NCBI GenBank assembly: GCA_016191235.1
Contig: JACPOZ010000030.1
Coordinates: 3,924-67,923 of the forward strand
Reading direction: 5' to 3'
DNA: 64,000 nt
Source: Gammaproteobacteria bacterium
Lineage (GTDB): Bacteria; Pseudomonadota; Gammaproteobacteria; Ga0077554; Ga007554
Under the pieces are notes generated by a model. It searched no databases. It worked only from the letters and a program-made list of their open reading frames with translations, and was not told the DNA's origin. The position numbers were made by a program, and so were the translations under genes. Positions 1 through 9,497 of this stretch are shown piece by piece (the first letter of the stretch is position 1; each line of letters opens with the position of its first letter).

Positions 1-966
1 GTTCATGTAATAGTTGAGCAATTCGGGAACGTCTTCGCAATGTTCGCGTAACGGTGGCACGCGTAGCGGCACCACGTTTAACTGGTAATAAAGGTCTTCA
101 CGGAAACGTTTGGCCTGGACATCCTGCGCCAGATCGTGGTGCGTGGCCGCCAGGACGCGCGCGTCGAGCTTCACCGGCTCGCTACCGCCCACCCTCATGA
201 AGGAGCGGCTTTGCAGAGTGCGCAGCAGGCGCGCTTGCAACGCGGCATCCATATCGCCGATCTCATCCAGGAACAGAGTGCCACTGTTGGCTTGCTCAAA
301 GCGTCCGTAATGAATCTTTCCGCCTTCCTCGCTGCCAAACAATTCGATAGCCGGATTGCCCTGCGGAACACCGGCCTCAATAAACGGGCCATTGCGGCGC
401 ACGCTGTTGGCGTGCAGATAACGGGCGAAGAGTTCCTTGCCGCTGCCCGGCTCGCCAGTGATCAGCACCCAGGCGTCGTGCTGGGCGATGCGTTTGACTT
501 GTTCGCGCAGATGGTGCATTACCGTGCCGTGGCCCACCGGCTCTGTTACCGTCTGATCGTGACGCCGCAACCCGAGGTTTTCCCGGCGCAGCCGGTCGGC
601 CTCCAGCGCGCGTTTGATGGTAAGCAGCAGCTTGGCCATCGACAAGGGCTTTTCCAGAAAGTCGTAGGCACCCAAGCGGGTGGCCTCCACTGCGGTTTCC
701 ACCGTACCGTGCCCGGACATCATAATGACCGGCGGCAGCGCATCGCCTTCTTCGGCCCCCCACTCCTTGAGCAGAGAGATGCCGTCAATGTCCGGCATCC
801 AGATATCCAGCAGCACCAGGTCGGGACGGCGTTCGCGCCGCCCGCGCCGTGCCGCCTCGCCATTCTCCGCGATAGCGACCTCGTATCCCTCGTCAACCAG
901 GATCTCCTTGACCAGTTCGCGGATGTCGCGTTCGTCGTCCACTACCAGGACATAAGCCATACTCAT
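1..966 (-). CDS. ntrX: NtrX-like response regulator (receiver + AAA+), 3' end runs off the window
   Basis: Hand translation from ATG 966: MSMAYVLVVDDERDIRELVKEIL (receiver), Walker A GEPGSGKE, Walker B LFLDEIGD. GAFTGA loop absent (ELFGSEEGGKIHYG). Lies downstream of ntrY. Confidence 0.85.
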   Translation of the reverse strand, partial: MSMAYVLVVDDERDIRELVKEILVDEGYEVAIAENGEAARRGRRERRPDLVLLDIWMPDIDGISLLKEWGAEEGDALPPVIMMSGHGTVETAVEATRLGAYDFLEKPLSMAKLLLTIKRALEADRLRRENLGLRRHDQTVTEPVGHGTVMHHLREQVKRIAQHDAWVLITGEPGSGKELFARYLHANSVRRNGPFIEAGVPQGNPAIELFGSEEGGKIHYGRFEQANSGTLFLDEIGDMDAALQARLLRTLQSRSFMRVGGSEPVKLDARVLAATHHDLAQDVQAKRFREDLYYQLNVVPLRVPPLREHCEDVPELLNYYMN

Positions 967-1030
967 GCGCCGTTCTCCCTCGTGCCCTTCAGGGTACTTG
1001 TTCCCTTCAGGGTAAATGCCATGGGTGCGC

Positions 1031-3220
1031 TCATGCGGCGACTCCAGCGCTTTGCAGCGGGAGGCGCACCACGATACAGGCACCGTCGCCGGGGACATTT
1101 TCCGCCCACACCACGCCGCCATGTTCTTCAACAATCTTTTTCACAATCGCCAGCCCCAGCCCGCCGCCCTTGGCTTTGCTGCTGACACCGGGCTCAAAAA
1201 GCCGGGCAAGAATCTCTGGTGTGATGCCTGGGCCATTGTCCTGTACGCGTAGCTCGATGCTCTGAATATCCGGTTCGTGCAGCCATTGCGTGGTGATGGT
1301 GACGCAACAACCCGCGTTTTCACCGATGGCATCGAGGGCGTTTTTGATGAGGTTGTGCAGCAATTGCCGGAAGCGCCCGGCATCGGCCTCGATGCGCGGC
1401 AGTTGCGGATCGAGCCGCGCCTTGGTCCGCACCCGTGCATCACCGTGGTAGAGATCGAGTACCTCGTTGATCAGGCGATTCAGATCCAGCGGATGCAGCA
1501 TCAGTTTCGGCGCACGCGCATAATCGGAAAAGGCCTTGACCATTTCCTGCATGGTCTGCACCTGCTGGATGATGGTATGGGTGGAGCGGTCCAGCAGATC
1601 GGCGTCATCGGCATTCATGGTTTTGAGATATTTATGCCGCAGACGCTCGGCGGAAAGCTGGATAGGCGTGAGCGGGTTTTTGATCTCGTGCGCCAGACGC
1701 CGCGCCACCTCGCCCCACGCCGCATCACGCTGCGCTTGGATCAGGTTTGTGATGTCATCGAATACTATAACATGTCCGCCCGTGTCGCCTTCCGTGCCGG
1801 ACAGCGGAGCGCCACGGCACATCAGCACCTGCCGTCCACTTGCGCCAAACAAAACCACCTCTTCACGCCATTCCCTCGGCACACCCGTCAAATGCGGCGC
1901 AAGGGCCTTGGCAAAACCGCCAAGATGAGGGTAGACGCCACCGAGCTGATCGAGAGGTTCGCCAATAATATTATTGTCGAGATCCGCGCCGAGAATCTGG
2001 CTTGCGGCTATGTTTGCGGTGCGCAGAATGTGTTGCCCATCCAATGTCAGCACACCGGAAGACAGCCGGTCCAGCACCGCCTCCAGATAGGCGCGCTGTG
2101 TTTCGGCCTGTTGATGGCTGCGCTGGGCCTCATCGCGGGCGAGCGAGATCTTGCGCGTCATGTCATTGAATGACTGCACCAGGAAACCCAGCTCGTCATG
2201 GCTGGGCAACGATGGCAGCCGCTGGTCATAATCGCCCGCCGCTACCGCGCGCGTACCCAGCGCCAGCACCCGTACCGGTTCCGTCAAACGCCGCGCCGAA
2301 AAGAATGCGGCCCATACCGCCATCAGCACACTGAGCCACAACACCAGCGACAAGGTCAGGGTAAAGCTGAGCTTGAGCGGCTCGCGCATATAGCCCAGCT
2401 CCTGGTAGCGAGCATAAACAGATTGCACACCCTCGGCCAGTTCGCTCATGCGCCCGGCGACCGGGAACAAGCCCTGCAGCAGGCGCGGCGGACTGCCGGG
2501 ATCGAGACCCGGAACCGTGACCACCGCCCGCACATAAAGGCCTGTGTCGCGGATCGGGTCGAGTCCGACATAGGTGATCCCCTGCCGCACCCTCTGCAGT
2601 ATCGCCTCACTGGGCTGGGTAGGCATGGCCATGGTTGGGTCATCGCTGCTAATGGCAAGAATGTGGCCTTGCGGGGTCAGCAAGGTAAGATCAGAGGCCC
2701 CGCTACGCTGGCGCAATTTGTCCATGTCGAAGATGACTTGGCCATTGGGGATGCCTTCCATCTCCCGGGCCATCAACTCGGTTTGCCGCAGCAGGTCGCG
2801 CATCCGCGCATCCAGTGCGGTGCGGCTCAATTCCAGCGCGTCACCCAGCGCCTTTTCGATACGCACGTCAAACCAGCTATCAATACCGCGCCGCAAAAAA
2901 TCCAGCGAGAAATAATACACTAGCGATACCGGCACCACGGAGAGGATCACGAATATGACCACCAGCCGCGCGGTGAGCCGCGACCCCACCACGCCGGCCC
3001 GGTACTGGCGCACCAGGCGATAAAGATTGGCGGCGATCAGGCCTACCAGGATCACCAGCTCCAGGACGTTGATCACCAGCAGGGCAGAATAGAGGCGGCC
3101 AAACTCTGCCGAGTTCTGTGTCGCGCTGCTCATCATGTAGAGCGACACCAGCAGCAACACAAACAGCACGATCACCGGCGTAATGCCAGAGCCGGTACGT
3201 TTTAGAGCCGCAATGACCAT
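1031..3220 (-). CDS. ntrY: NtrY-like sensor histidine kinase (TM, HAMP, PAS, HisKA, HATPase)
   Basis: H-box RRLAHEIKNPLTPIQLSAERL, G boxes DNGPG and GGGLGLAIV; rsmB-DUF4390-ntrYX synteny. Start 3220 preferred over 3247. Confidence 0.9.
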   Translation of the reverse strand: MVIAALKRTGSGITPVIVLFVLLLVSLYMMSSATQNSAEFGRLYSALLVINVLELVILVGLIAANLYRLVRQYRAGVVGSRLTARLVVIFVILSVVPVSLVYYFSLDFLRRGIDSWFDVRIEKALGDALELSRTALDARMRDLLRQTELMAREMEGIPNGQVIFDMDKLRQRSGASDLTLLTPQGHILAISSDDPTMAMPTQPSEAILQRVRQGITYVGLDPIRDTGLYVRAVVTVPGLDPGSPPRLLQGLFPVAGRMSELAEGVQSVYARYQELGYMREPLKLSFTLTLSLVLWLSVLMAVWAAFFSARRLTEPVRVLALGTRAVAAGDYDQRLPSLPSHDELGFLVQSFNDMTRKISLARDEAQRSHQQAETQRAYLEAVLDRLSSGVLTLDGQHILRTANIAASQILGADLDNNIIGEPLDQLGGVYPHLGGFAKALAPHLTGVPREWREEVVLFGASGRQVLMCRGAPLSGTEGDTGGHVIVFDDITNLIQAQRDAAWGEVARRLAHEIKNPLTPIQLSAERLRHKYLKTMNADDADLLDRSTHTIIQQVQTMQEMVKAFSDYARAPKLMLHPLDLNRLINEVLDLYHGDARVRTKARLDPQLPRIEADAGRFRQLLHNLIKNALDAIGENAGCCVTITTQWLHEPDIQSIELRVQDNGPGITPEILARLFEPGVSSKAKGGGLGLAIVKKIVEEHGGVVWAENVPGDGACIVVRLPLQSAGVAA

Positions 3221-3786
3221 GTGTACCACTCGCTGCTTACGCGCCATCCGGCGTAGACATAGGCCAACAAACGGATCGGCACCGGCAGCGCCTCGATATC
3301 CAGACGGGCACGCAAGCGCGCCTCGTATGTTTCACCCGCCCTCAGCAATTGCTGGTCGAGCATCGGAAAATCACCAACGGCACCCAGCATTTCGAGGGCC
3401 GCATGCAGCGTTGGAAAATGGTTTTGTATGCCGGTATTGAGATTTTTTATCTGGTATTGACGCGTCAGTGCGTGATAAGAAAGCTGGTAGCGTTGCGTTA
3501 CGGTAGCTATTTGCTCGTTCCAGAGATATTGCCGTTTACGCCACACCTCGATGTCCATCGCGAAGGTCAGCGGAATACCTTTATGCAGCGCGTCCAGCAT
3601 CCGGTCGCTGAGTTGATAGTCGATGCGGGCGTCAAGCCGGTATACCTTGTCGACCAGCTCCGTCTCCACACCGCGCACGGTAAATTCGCCGTTTGGGCTT
3701 TCACCCCAGGCGACGCCGAAACACATCAGGCCGATCATGAATATGACCAGCGTTGATAAGAACGCGTTGCCGTGCTTTTTTTTCAT
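3202..3786 (-). CDS. DUF4390 family periplasmic protein
   Basis: Signal peptide, LSYHALTRQY, LPVPIRL...W motifs; typical position between rsmB and ntrY. Confidence 0.8.
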   Translation of the reverse strand: MKKKHGNAFLSTLVIFMIGLMCFGVAWGESPNGEFTVRGVETELVDKVYRLDARIDYQLSDRMLDALHKGIPLTFAMDIEVWRKRQYLWNEQIATVTQRYQLSYHALTRQYQIKNLNTGIQNHFPTLHAALEMLGAVGDFPMLDQQLLRAGETYEARLRARLDIEALPVPIRLLAYVYAGWRVSSEWYTWSLRL

Positions 3787-3807
3787 AAGACTTTTGGCAA
3801 CAAAACC

Positions 3808-5103
3808 CTATAATTTCTGCAAACACGCATAATAAAACCCATCCATGCCGTTCTCGCCAGGCAGGATCTGCCGCCCGGCCCCCCTTGGATTTCCCCATGA
3901 AGCATCGATAGCCTTTTCACAAGCATCCGTTTGCGCCGTCAGAAAGCGCGTTATCTGTTGCTCATTTTCCTGTGGCAGTATGGAGCAGGTGGCGTACAAA
4001 AACATCCCCCCCGGCTTCAGCAAGGGCCATAGCACCTGCAGCATACGCCCTTGCAGTTCCGCCAGCGCGGCGATATCGTCTGGCCTGCGCAGGATTTTTA
4101 TGTCGGGATGACGGCGTATCACGCCGGTCGCCGAGCACGGCGCATCGAGCAGGATGCGGTCGTACATCACGCCATCCCACCACGCGGCAGGCTGGGCGGC
4201 ATCGCCCTCGATCAGGCGGGCCTGCAATTGCAAGCGCCGCAAATTCCCGTCCACACGCTTCAGGCGTGCAGCATCGCTATCCAGCGCCGTCAGCTCAATG
4301 CCGGCCTGTGACTCCAGGATATGCGCCGCCTTGCCGCCGGGCGCCGCGCAGGCGTCGAGCACGCGCTGGCCAGGCTGGACATCGAGCAACTGTGCCGCGA
4401 GCTGGGCCGCGCTGTCCTGCACCGACACCCACCCCTCGTCGAATCCGGGCAGGCGTTCAACATCGGTGGGCTGTTCCAGAATGACCCCATGCGAGACATG
4501 CGGCGCAGGGCACGCGGCGATGCCGGCATCCTCCAGTATGCGCAAATAAGCGTCGCGCGCTCTATGTCGGGCGTTGACGCGCAGCACCATCGGCGGACGC
4601 TGATTATTGGCCGTGACGATAGCCTGCCAGGCGTGCGGCCAGGCGTTCTTGAACAATTCCAGCAACCATGCGGGATGGGCCAGCGCCGCCACTTCGTTTT
4701 GATCCACCTCTTCCAGCAGGTGGGCGCTATCGCGCAAATAATTGCGCAAAACGGCGTTCACCAGCCCACCCGCCCACGGCTTGCCCAAGTCCCTGGCCGC
4801 TGCCACCGTCTCGGTCACGGCGGCATGATCCGGCACGCGCATGTAGATGACCTGATACAAGCCCAGTAGCAGCAGGCTGCGCACATCCGCGTCGCGCTCT
4901 TTCAGCGGCTTGCTCAATAGCCGCTCCACTAGCGCGGCCAGCCGGGGATACCAGCGCAGCACGCCGTAACACATTTCCTGCGCCAAGGCGCGTTCCCCGT
5001 CCTTGCGCAACTGGGCAAGGACGGGCGCAAGAATCCCCCCCAGCGAACGCCCTTTGCCCAACACCTGAGCCAATACCTTCGCGGCGGCGGTTCTTGATTT
5101 CAT
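3808..5103 (-). CDS. rsmB: 16S rRNA m5C967 methyltransferase
   Basis: NusB-like N-terminus, [23 protein letters not shown]; follows fmt. Confidence 0.95.
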   Translation of the reverse strand: MKSRTAAAKVLAQVLGKGRSLGGILAPVLAQLRKDGERALAQEMCYGVLRWYPRLAALVERLLSKPLKERDADVRSLLLLGLYQVIYMRVPDHAAVTETVAAARDLGKPWAGGLVNAVLRNYLRDSAHLLEEVDQNEVAALAHPAWLLELFKNAWPHAWQAIVTANNQRPPMVLRVNARHRARDAYLRILEDAGIAACPAPHVSHGVILEQPTDVERLPGFDEGWVSVQDSAAQLAAQLLDVQPGQRVLDACAAPGGKAAHILESQAGIELTALDSDAARLKRVDGNLRRLQLQARLIEGDAAQPAAWWDGVMYDRILLDAPCSATGVIRRHPDIKILRRPDDIAALAELQGRMLQVLWPLLKPGGMFLYATCSILPQENEQQITRFLTAQTDACEKAIDASWGNPRGAGRQILPGENGMDGFYYACLQKL

Positions 5104-6047
5104 TTAAACGAAATGCCCGCAGTCACCAAATTACGATGGGCGTTCAAAAAATCGGCGACAGGCATGGGACGACCACCCGGCACCTGAAGCTGCAGCAGGC
5201 GCAGAATGCCGCCGCCTGTGGCGACATCAATGCCCTCCTTTCCGGCAGACAGAATAGTCCCCGGCGGCTGGCCGGCATCGCCTGCTACCACCTGTGCCGC
5301 CCAGACATGCAGCGGGGTCTCACCCAAGAGGGTACGCGCCACCGGCCAGGGATTGAATGCGCGCACCTTGCGCTCCAGTTCCACGGCAGGCCGCGACCAT
5401 TCAATCACCGCCTCAGCCTTGTCAATTTTTGCGGCATAACAAGCCAGACCGTCATCCTGCGGGATGGCGTGCGCCGTGCCGCTATCGAGCTGTTCTAGCA
5501 CCGGCAGCAGCATCTGCGCGCCCAGCGCCGCCAGCCGGTCATGCAGGGTTTGCGTGGTGTCATGAGGCAGGATGGGGCAGGATGCGCGCGCCAGCATGGC
5601 GCCGGTGTCCAGGCCCGCATCCATTTGCATGATGGTAATTCCTGTCTCGGTATCGCCCGCCAGGATGGCGCGCTGGAGCGGCGCGGCACCGCGCCAGCGC
5701 GGCAGCAGCGAGGCGTGAATATTCACGCAGCCCAGGCGCGGCGCCGCCAACACCGGGGGCGGTAGTATCAGACCATAGGCGACCACTACCATCAGATCCG
5801 CCTGCAAGGCCTGCAGCCGCGCCTGTTCTTCGGCAGACTTGAGGCTGGCTGGCTGGTAAACCGGGATGCCGTGCTCAAGCGCCACACACTTGACCGGGCT
5901 GGCAGTGAGCTTGCGGCCCCTGCCGGCCGGCCGGTCCGGCTGGGTATATACCGCGCACACCGTATGTTCCGTTGCGAGCAATGCCCGCAGCGGCGCAACG
6001 GCGAATCCGGGGGTGCCGGCAAAGATGATATTGAGCTTGGATTTCAA
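5100..6047 (-). CDS. fmt: Methionyl-tRNA formyltransferase
   Basis: [34 protein letters not shown] start. Confidence 0.96.
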   Translation of the reverse strand: MKSKLNIIFAGTPGFAVAPLRALLATEHTVCAVYTQPDRPAGRGRKLTASPVKCVALEHGIPVYQPASLKSAEEQARLQALQADLMVVVAYGLILPPPVLAAPRLGCVNIHASLLPRWRGAAPLQRAILAGDTETGITIMQMDAGLDTGAMLARASCPILPHDTTQTLHDRLAALGAQMLLPVLEQLDSGTAHAIPQDDGLACYAAKIDKAEAVIEWSRPAVELERKVRAFNPWPVARTLLGETPLHVWAAQVVAGDAGQPPGTILSAGKEGIDVATGGGILRLLQLQVPGGRPMPVADFLNAHRNLVTAGISFK

Positions 6048-6068
6048 GGTTTTCTACTTACTTTTTAC

Positions 6069-6572
6069 TTATAGGGTCTGGCGGCGCACTTTTTCCAGCT
6101 TTTTGCGGAGGCGCTGCCGTTTCAATTCGGACAGATAATCGACAAACAGCTTGCCGTCCAGGTGATCCATCTCGTGCTGGATGCACACGGCCAGCAGATC
6201 ATCGGCCTCCATTTCAAACGATGCGCCATTGCGGTCCAGCGCGCGCACCTTGATGTGCCTGGCACGCTGCACCGGCTCGTAAATCCCCGGCACCGAGAGA
6301 CAGCCCTCCTCCATCTGCTCGACACCTTCCTTGCTCAGGATTTCCGGGTTGACCAGACATAACGGCGCATTACGCTGCTCCGAAATGTCAATGACGAGCA
6401 CACGCAGGGCGACATCAACCTGGGGCGCCGCCAGGCCGATGCCCGGCGCCTGATACATGGTCTCGAACATATCGTCGATCAAGGCGCGGAGTTTACCATC
6501 AACCTCGGCGACCGGGGCGGCCTTGTTGCGTAGCCGCGGGTCGGGATAATGCAGGATTGGAAGAATAGCCAT
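6069..6572 (-). CDS. def: Peptide deformylase
   Basis: [19 protein letters not shown] motifs. Confidence 0.97.
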   Translation of the reverse strand: MAILPILHYPDPRLRNKAAPVAEVDGKLRALIDDMFETMYQAPGIGLAAPQVDVALRVLVIDISEQRNAPLCLVNPEILSKEGVEQMEEGCLSVPGIYEPVQRARHIKVRALDRNGASFEMEADDLLAVCIQHEMDHLDGKLFVDYLSELKRQRLRKKLEKVRRQTL

Positions 6573-6665
6573 CAGATAACCGTTAACTTAATGCGATGTG
6601 AGTCCGATATAAGGAATGATCATAATAGATAGGCGCTCTGCGCGCCACATTCAATAAGGACGATT

Positions 6666-7745
6666 ATGTTGACCAAAAAGACCTTAGTGGGCCTGTGTTT
6701 CGCACTCCTGGCCTGGACTGCCACCGTGCCGGCCACGCTGGCGGATACCGTGGCGCTCAACCCCAGCCATCCCGACCGCTACAAGGTGGTCAAGGGCGAC
6801 ACGCTGTGGGACATCTCCGCACGCTTCCTGCGCGACCCCTGGCGCTGGCCGGATGTATGGCATATCAACCCGGAGATCAAAAACCCGCACCTGATCTATC
6901 CGGGCGATGTGATTGTGCTGGGCATGAAAGACGGCAAGCCGGTGCTGCAAATCGAACGCCCCGCACAGTCCGCGACCACGCCATCACATCTGCCGACGGT
7001 AAAGCTATCTCCCCAGATCCGGGTTTCCGGCCTGAACAGCGCCATCCCCGCCATCGCCATGGATGTCATCGAACCCTTCCTGTTGCGCGCACGTGTAATG
7101 AGCGCGAGCGAGGCGGAAAACGCACCTTATGTCGTCGCATTTGAGGAAGGACGACTGGCGACTGGCACGGGGAGCAAGATATACGCGCGCAAGATGGCAG
7201 ATGCGGCCACCACGCGCTTTAGCCTATTTCACCGTGGCAAGGCATACCGCAACCCCGGCGCAAAAAAAGAAGACATCCTGGGCTATGAGGCCATCCAGGT
7301 CGCCGATGCCAGCGTGGAACGCGCAGGGGACCCCACGACATTGCGCATCACCAACGCCTATCGTGAGACCTTGATTGGCGACAATTTGTTCCCGCAGGAG
7401 GAAAAGGACATCGGCCGGGATTTCTTCCCGCACGCACCGGAAAAACCAACCAGCGGCAATATCATTTCGGTAACGGACGGCGTATCCAAAATAGGCCGGT
7501 ACCAGGTGGTAGTGCTCAACCTGGGCATGCAGAATGGCATGGAACCAGGCCATGTGCTGGCTGTGTTTCAATCCGGCACCACCGTGCGCGACTCAGTCAA
7601 TCCCAGCACGGGCAATATGGTGAAACTGCCTGACGAGCGTGCCGGCCTGCTCATGGTGTTTCGCACCTTCGAGCGTGTGAGTTATGCCCTGGTCATGCAG
7701 GCGGAGCGGGATATCCGGCTCTATGATATGGTGAAAAATCCGTAG
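6666..7745 (+). CDS. LysM peptidoglycan-binding protein (TsaP-like)
   Basis: Signal peptide, LysM YKVVKGDTLWDIS...NPHLIYPGD; between def and dprA. Confidence 0.85.
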   Translation: MLTKKTLVGLCFALLAWTATVPATLADTVALNPSHPDRYKVVKGDTLWDISARFLRDPWRWPDVWHINPEIKNPHLIYPGDVIVLGMKDGKPVLQIERPAQSATTPSHLPTVKLSPQIRVSGLNSAIPAIAMDVIEPFLLRARVMSASEAENAPYVVAFEEGRLATGTGSKIYARKMADAATTRFSLFHRGKAYRNPGAKKEDILGYEAIQVADASVERAGDPTTLRITNAYRETLIGDNLFPQEEKDIGRDFFPHAPEKPTSGNIISVTDGVSKIGRYQVVVLNLGMQNGMEPGHVLAVFQSGTTVRDSVNPSTGNMVKLPDERAGLLMVFRTFERVSYALVMQAERDIRLYDMVKNP

Positions 7746-7772
7746 GCTCTGTTGACGTTTGGCTGCCCGCCA

Positions 7773-8900
7773 ATGACTTATGACAAAAACGACCTGAGCT
7801 ATTGGCTGGCCCTGTTGAAGGCGCCGGGCGTAGGCCCCGTCACATTCCTGGCGTTGCTCAACCATTATTCGACGCCCCGCGCCATTTTCGAGACCGCCCC
7901 ACAGCAAGTGGCGTCATGCGGCATACGCGGCGCAGCGGCGCTCGCCGGTTATCTGCGCAAAGCCGATTGGCCCTCAGTAGAAAAAGACCTCGCCTGGAGG
8001 GATCTGCCGGGCAACCACATACTCACGCTCCATGATCCTGCGTACCCTGCACAACTGCGCGAAATCGCCGACCCGCCGCCCATCCTGTTCGTGCATGGCA
8101 ACCCAGCGGTGTTGACAACCCCGCAATTGGCGCTGGTGGGCAGCCGTAACCCCTCTGCCGCCGGACGGGAGATTGCTCACGACTTTGCAAGACACCTGTG
8201 CGGCGCGGGATTAACCGTCACCAGCGGCCTGGCGCTGGGCGTCGACGCCGCCAGCCACCAGGGCGCGCTTGACGGAGAGGGACTCACCGTCGCCGTCATG
8301 GGCACTGGCCTGGACCGCGTATACCCGGCACGGCACCGTGACCTGGCGCACCGCATCGCCCAATGCGGCGCGCTGGTCTCTGAATTTGCGCCCGGCACCC
8401 CGCCGCTGGCCGAACACTTCCCGCGCCGCAACCGAATTATCAGCGGGCTGAGTCTAGGCACCCTGGTAGTGGAGGCCGCCCTCGCCAGCGGCTCGCTGAT
8501 CACCGCACGCCTGGCGGCGGAACAGGGCCGCGAGGTGTTCGCCATCCCCGGCTCCATCCATAACCCCCTGGCACGCGGCTGTCATTCACTGATCCGGCTG
8601 GGGGCAAAACTGGTCGAAAATATCCAGGATATCCTTGAAGAACTCGGCCCAATGGTATCGGATGTGACGCATAACACTGTATTATGTTCCGGTGAAAACT
8701 CTGGTGCCGAACTTAATCTCGACGATAACTCATTGAAATTGCTTGATTGCGTCGACTTCGCCCCCACTTCCATAGATGCGCTGGTTGAGCGCAGTGGATT
8801 GACGCCGGAGCAGGTTTCCTCCATGCTTTTGGTATTGGAATTGCATAATATAGTTGAATCGGCATCGGGCGGATGCTATACCCGCCGGGTTAAAGGCTAA
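7773..8900 (+). CDS. dprA: DNA processing protein DprA/Smf
   Basis: VGSRNPS, SGLALGVDAASH, HFPRRNRIISG, GREVFAIPG; ATG 7773 preferred. Confidence 0.95.
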   Translation: MTYDKNDLSYWLALLKAPGVGPVTFLALLNHYSTPRAIFETAPQQVASCGIRGAAALAGYLRKADWPSVEKDLAWRDLPGNHILTLHDPAYPAQLREIADPPPILFVHGNPAVLTTPQLALVGSRNPSAAGREIAHDFARHLCGAGLTVTSGLALGVDAASHQGALDGEGLTVAVMGTGLDRVYPARHRDLAHRIAQCGALVSEFAPGTPPLAEHFPRRNRIISGLSLGTLVVEAALASGSLITARLAAEQGREVFAIPGSIHNPLARGCHSLIRLGAKLVENIQDILEELGPMVSDVTHNTVLCSGENSGAELNLDDNSLKLLDCVDFAPTSIDALVERSGLTPEQVSSMLLVLELHNIVESASGGCYTRRVKG

Positions 8901-8917
8901 GCGCAGGAGGTCCTGAA

Positions 8918-9397
8918 ATGAAAGAAAATGTGTTGGATGTCCTGATGTACCTGTTCGAGAACTACCTCGACGGTGAGCTGGAAACCGCCCCTGACCAGGA
9001 GGCGCTGAAGAAGGAACTCATCGAGGCTGGCTTCCACTATGGCGAGATCGACAAGGCCTTCACCTGGCTGGAGGGCATGGCGCAGATGCGGGAAAACGCC
9101 GTACCGGCCATGCGCACCACCAGCCACTCGATTCGTGTCTTCACCCATCATGAAACGAACCGGCTCGACCTGGAGTGCCGCGGCTTCCTGCTGTTCCTGG
9201 AGCAGCTCGGTGTGCTCGATCCCGCCAACCGCGAACTCGTGATCGACCGCGTCATGGCCCTGGAGAGCGAGGAAATTGATCTCGCCCAGCTCAAGTGGGT
9301 AATCCTCATGGTACTCTTCAATCAACCCGGCCAGGAGGCGGCTTTCGCCTGGATGGAAGACCTCGTGTTCGACGAGATGCCCAACAATATACACTAA
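8918..9397 (+). CDS. smg: Smg (DUF494) family protein
   Basis: DVLMYLFENY, RGFLLFLEQ, LKWVILMVL; dprA-smg-topA synteny. Confidence 0.92.
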   Translation: MKENVLDVLMYLFENYLDGELETAPDQEALKKELIEAGFHYGEIDKAFTWLEGMAQMRENAVPAMRTTSHSIRVFTHHETNRLDLECRGFLLFLEQLGVLDPANRELVIDRVMALESEEIDLAQLKWVILMVLFNQPGQEAAFAWMEDLVFDEMPNNIH

Positions 9398-9497
9398 TCA
9401 CATTAGCATGCCGCACGCTACGGGCGGCAAGCGCGGGTTCCGGCCATCGCTTGCCGCCTGTGGCTTTTTGCGGCTGTTATCTATGGCCACATAACTT

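Noticed and set aside
136..1185. 349-aa plus-strand ORF
   Set aside because: Antisense shadow of ntrX; the minus-strand frame carries the real motifs.
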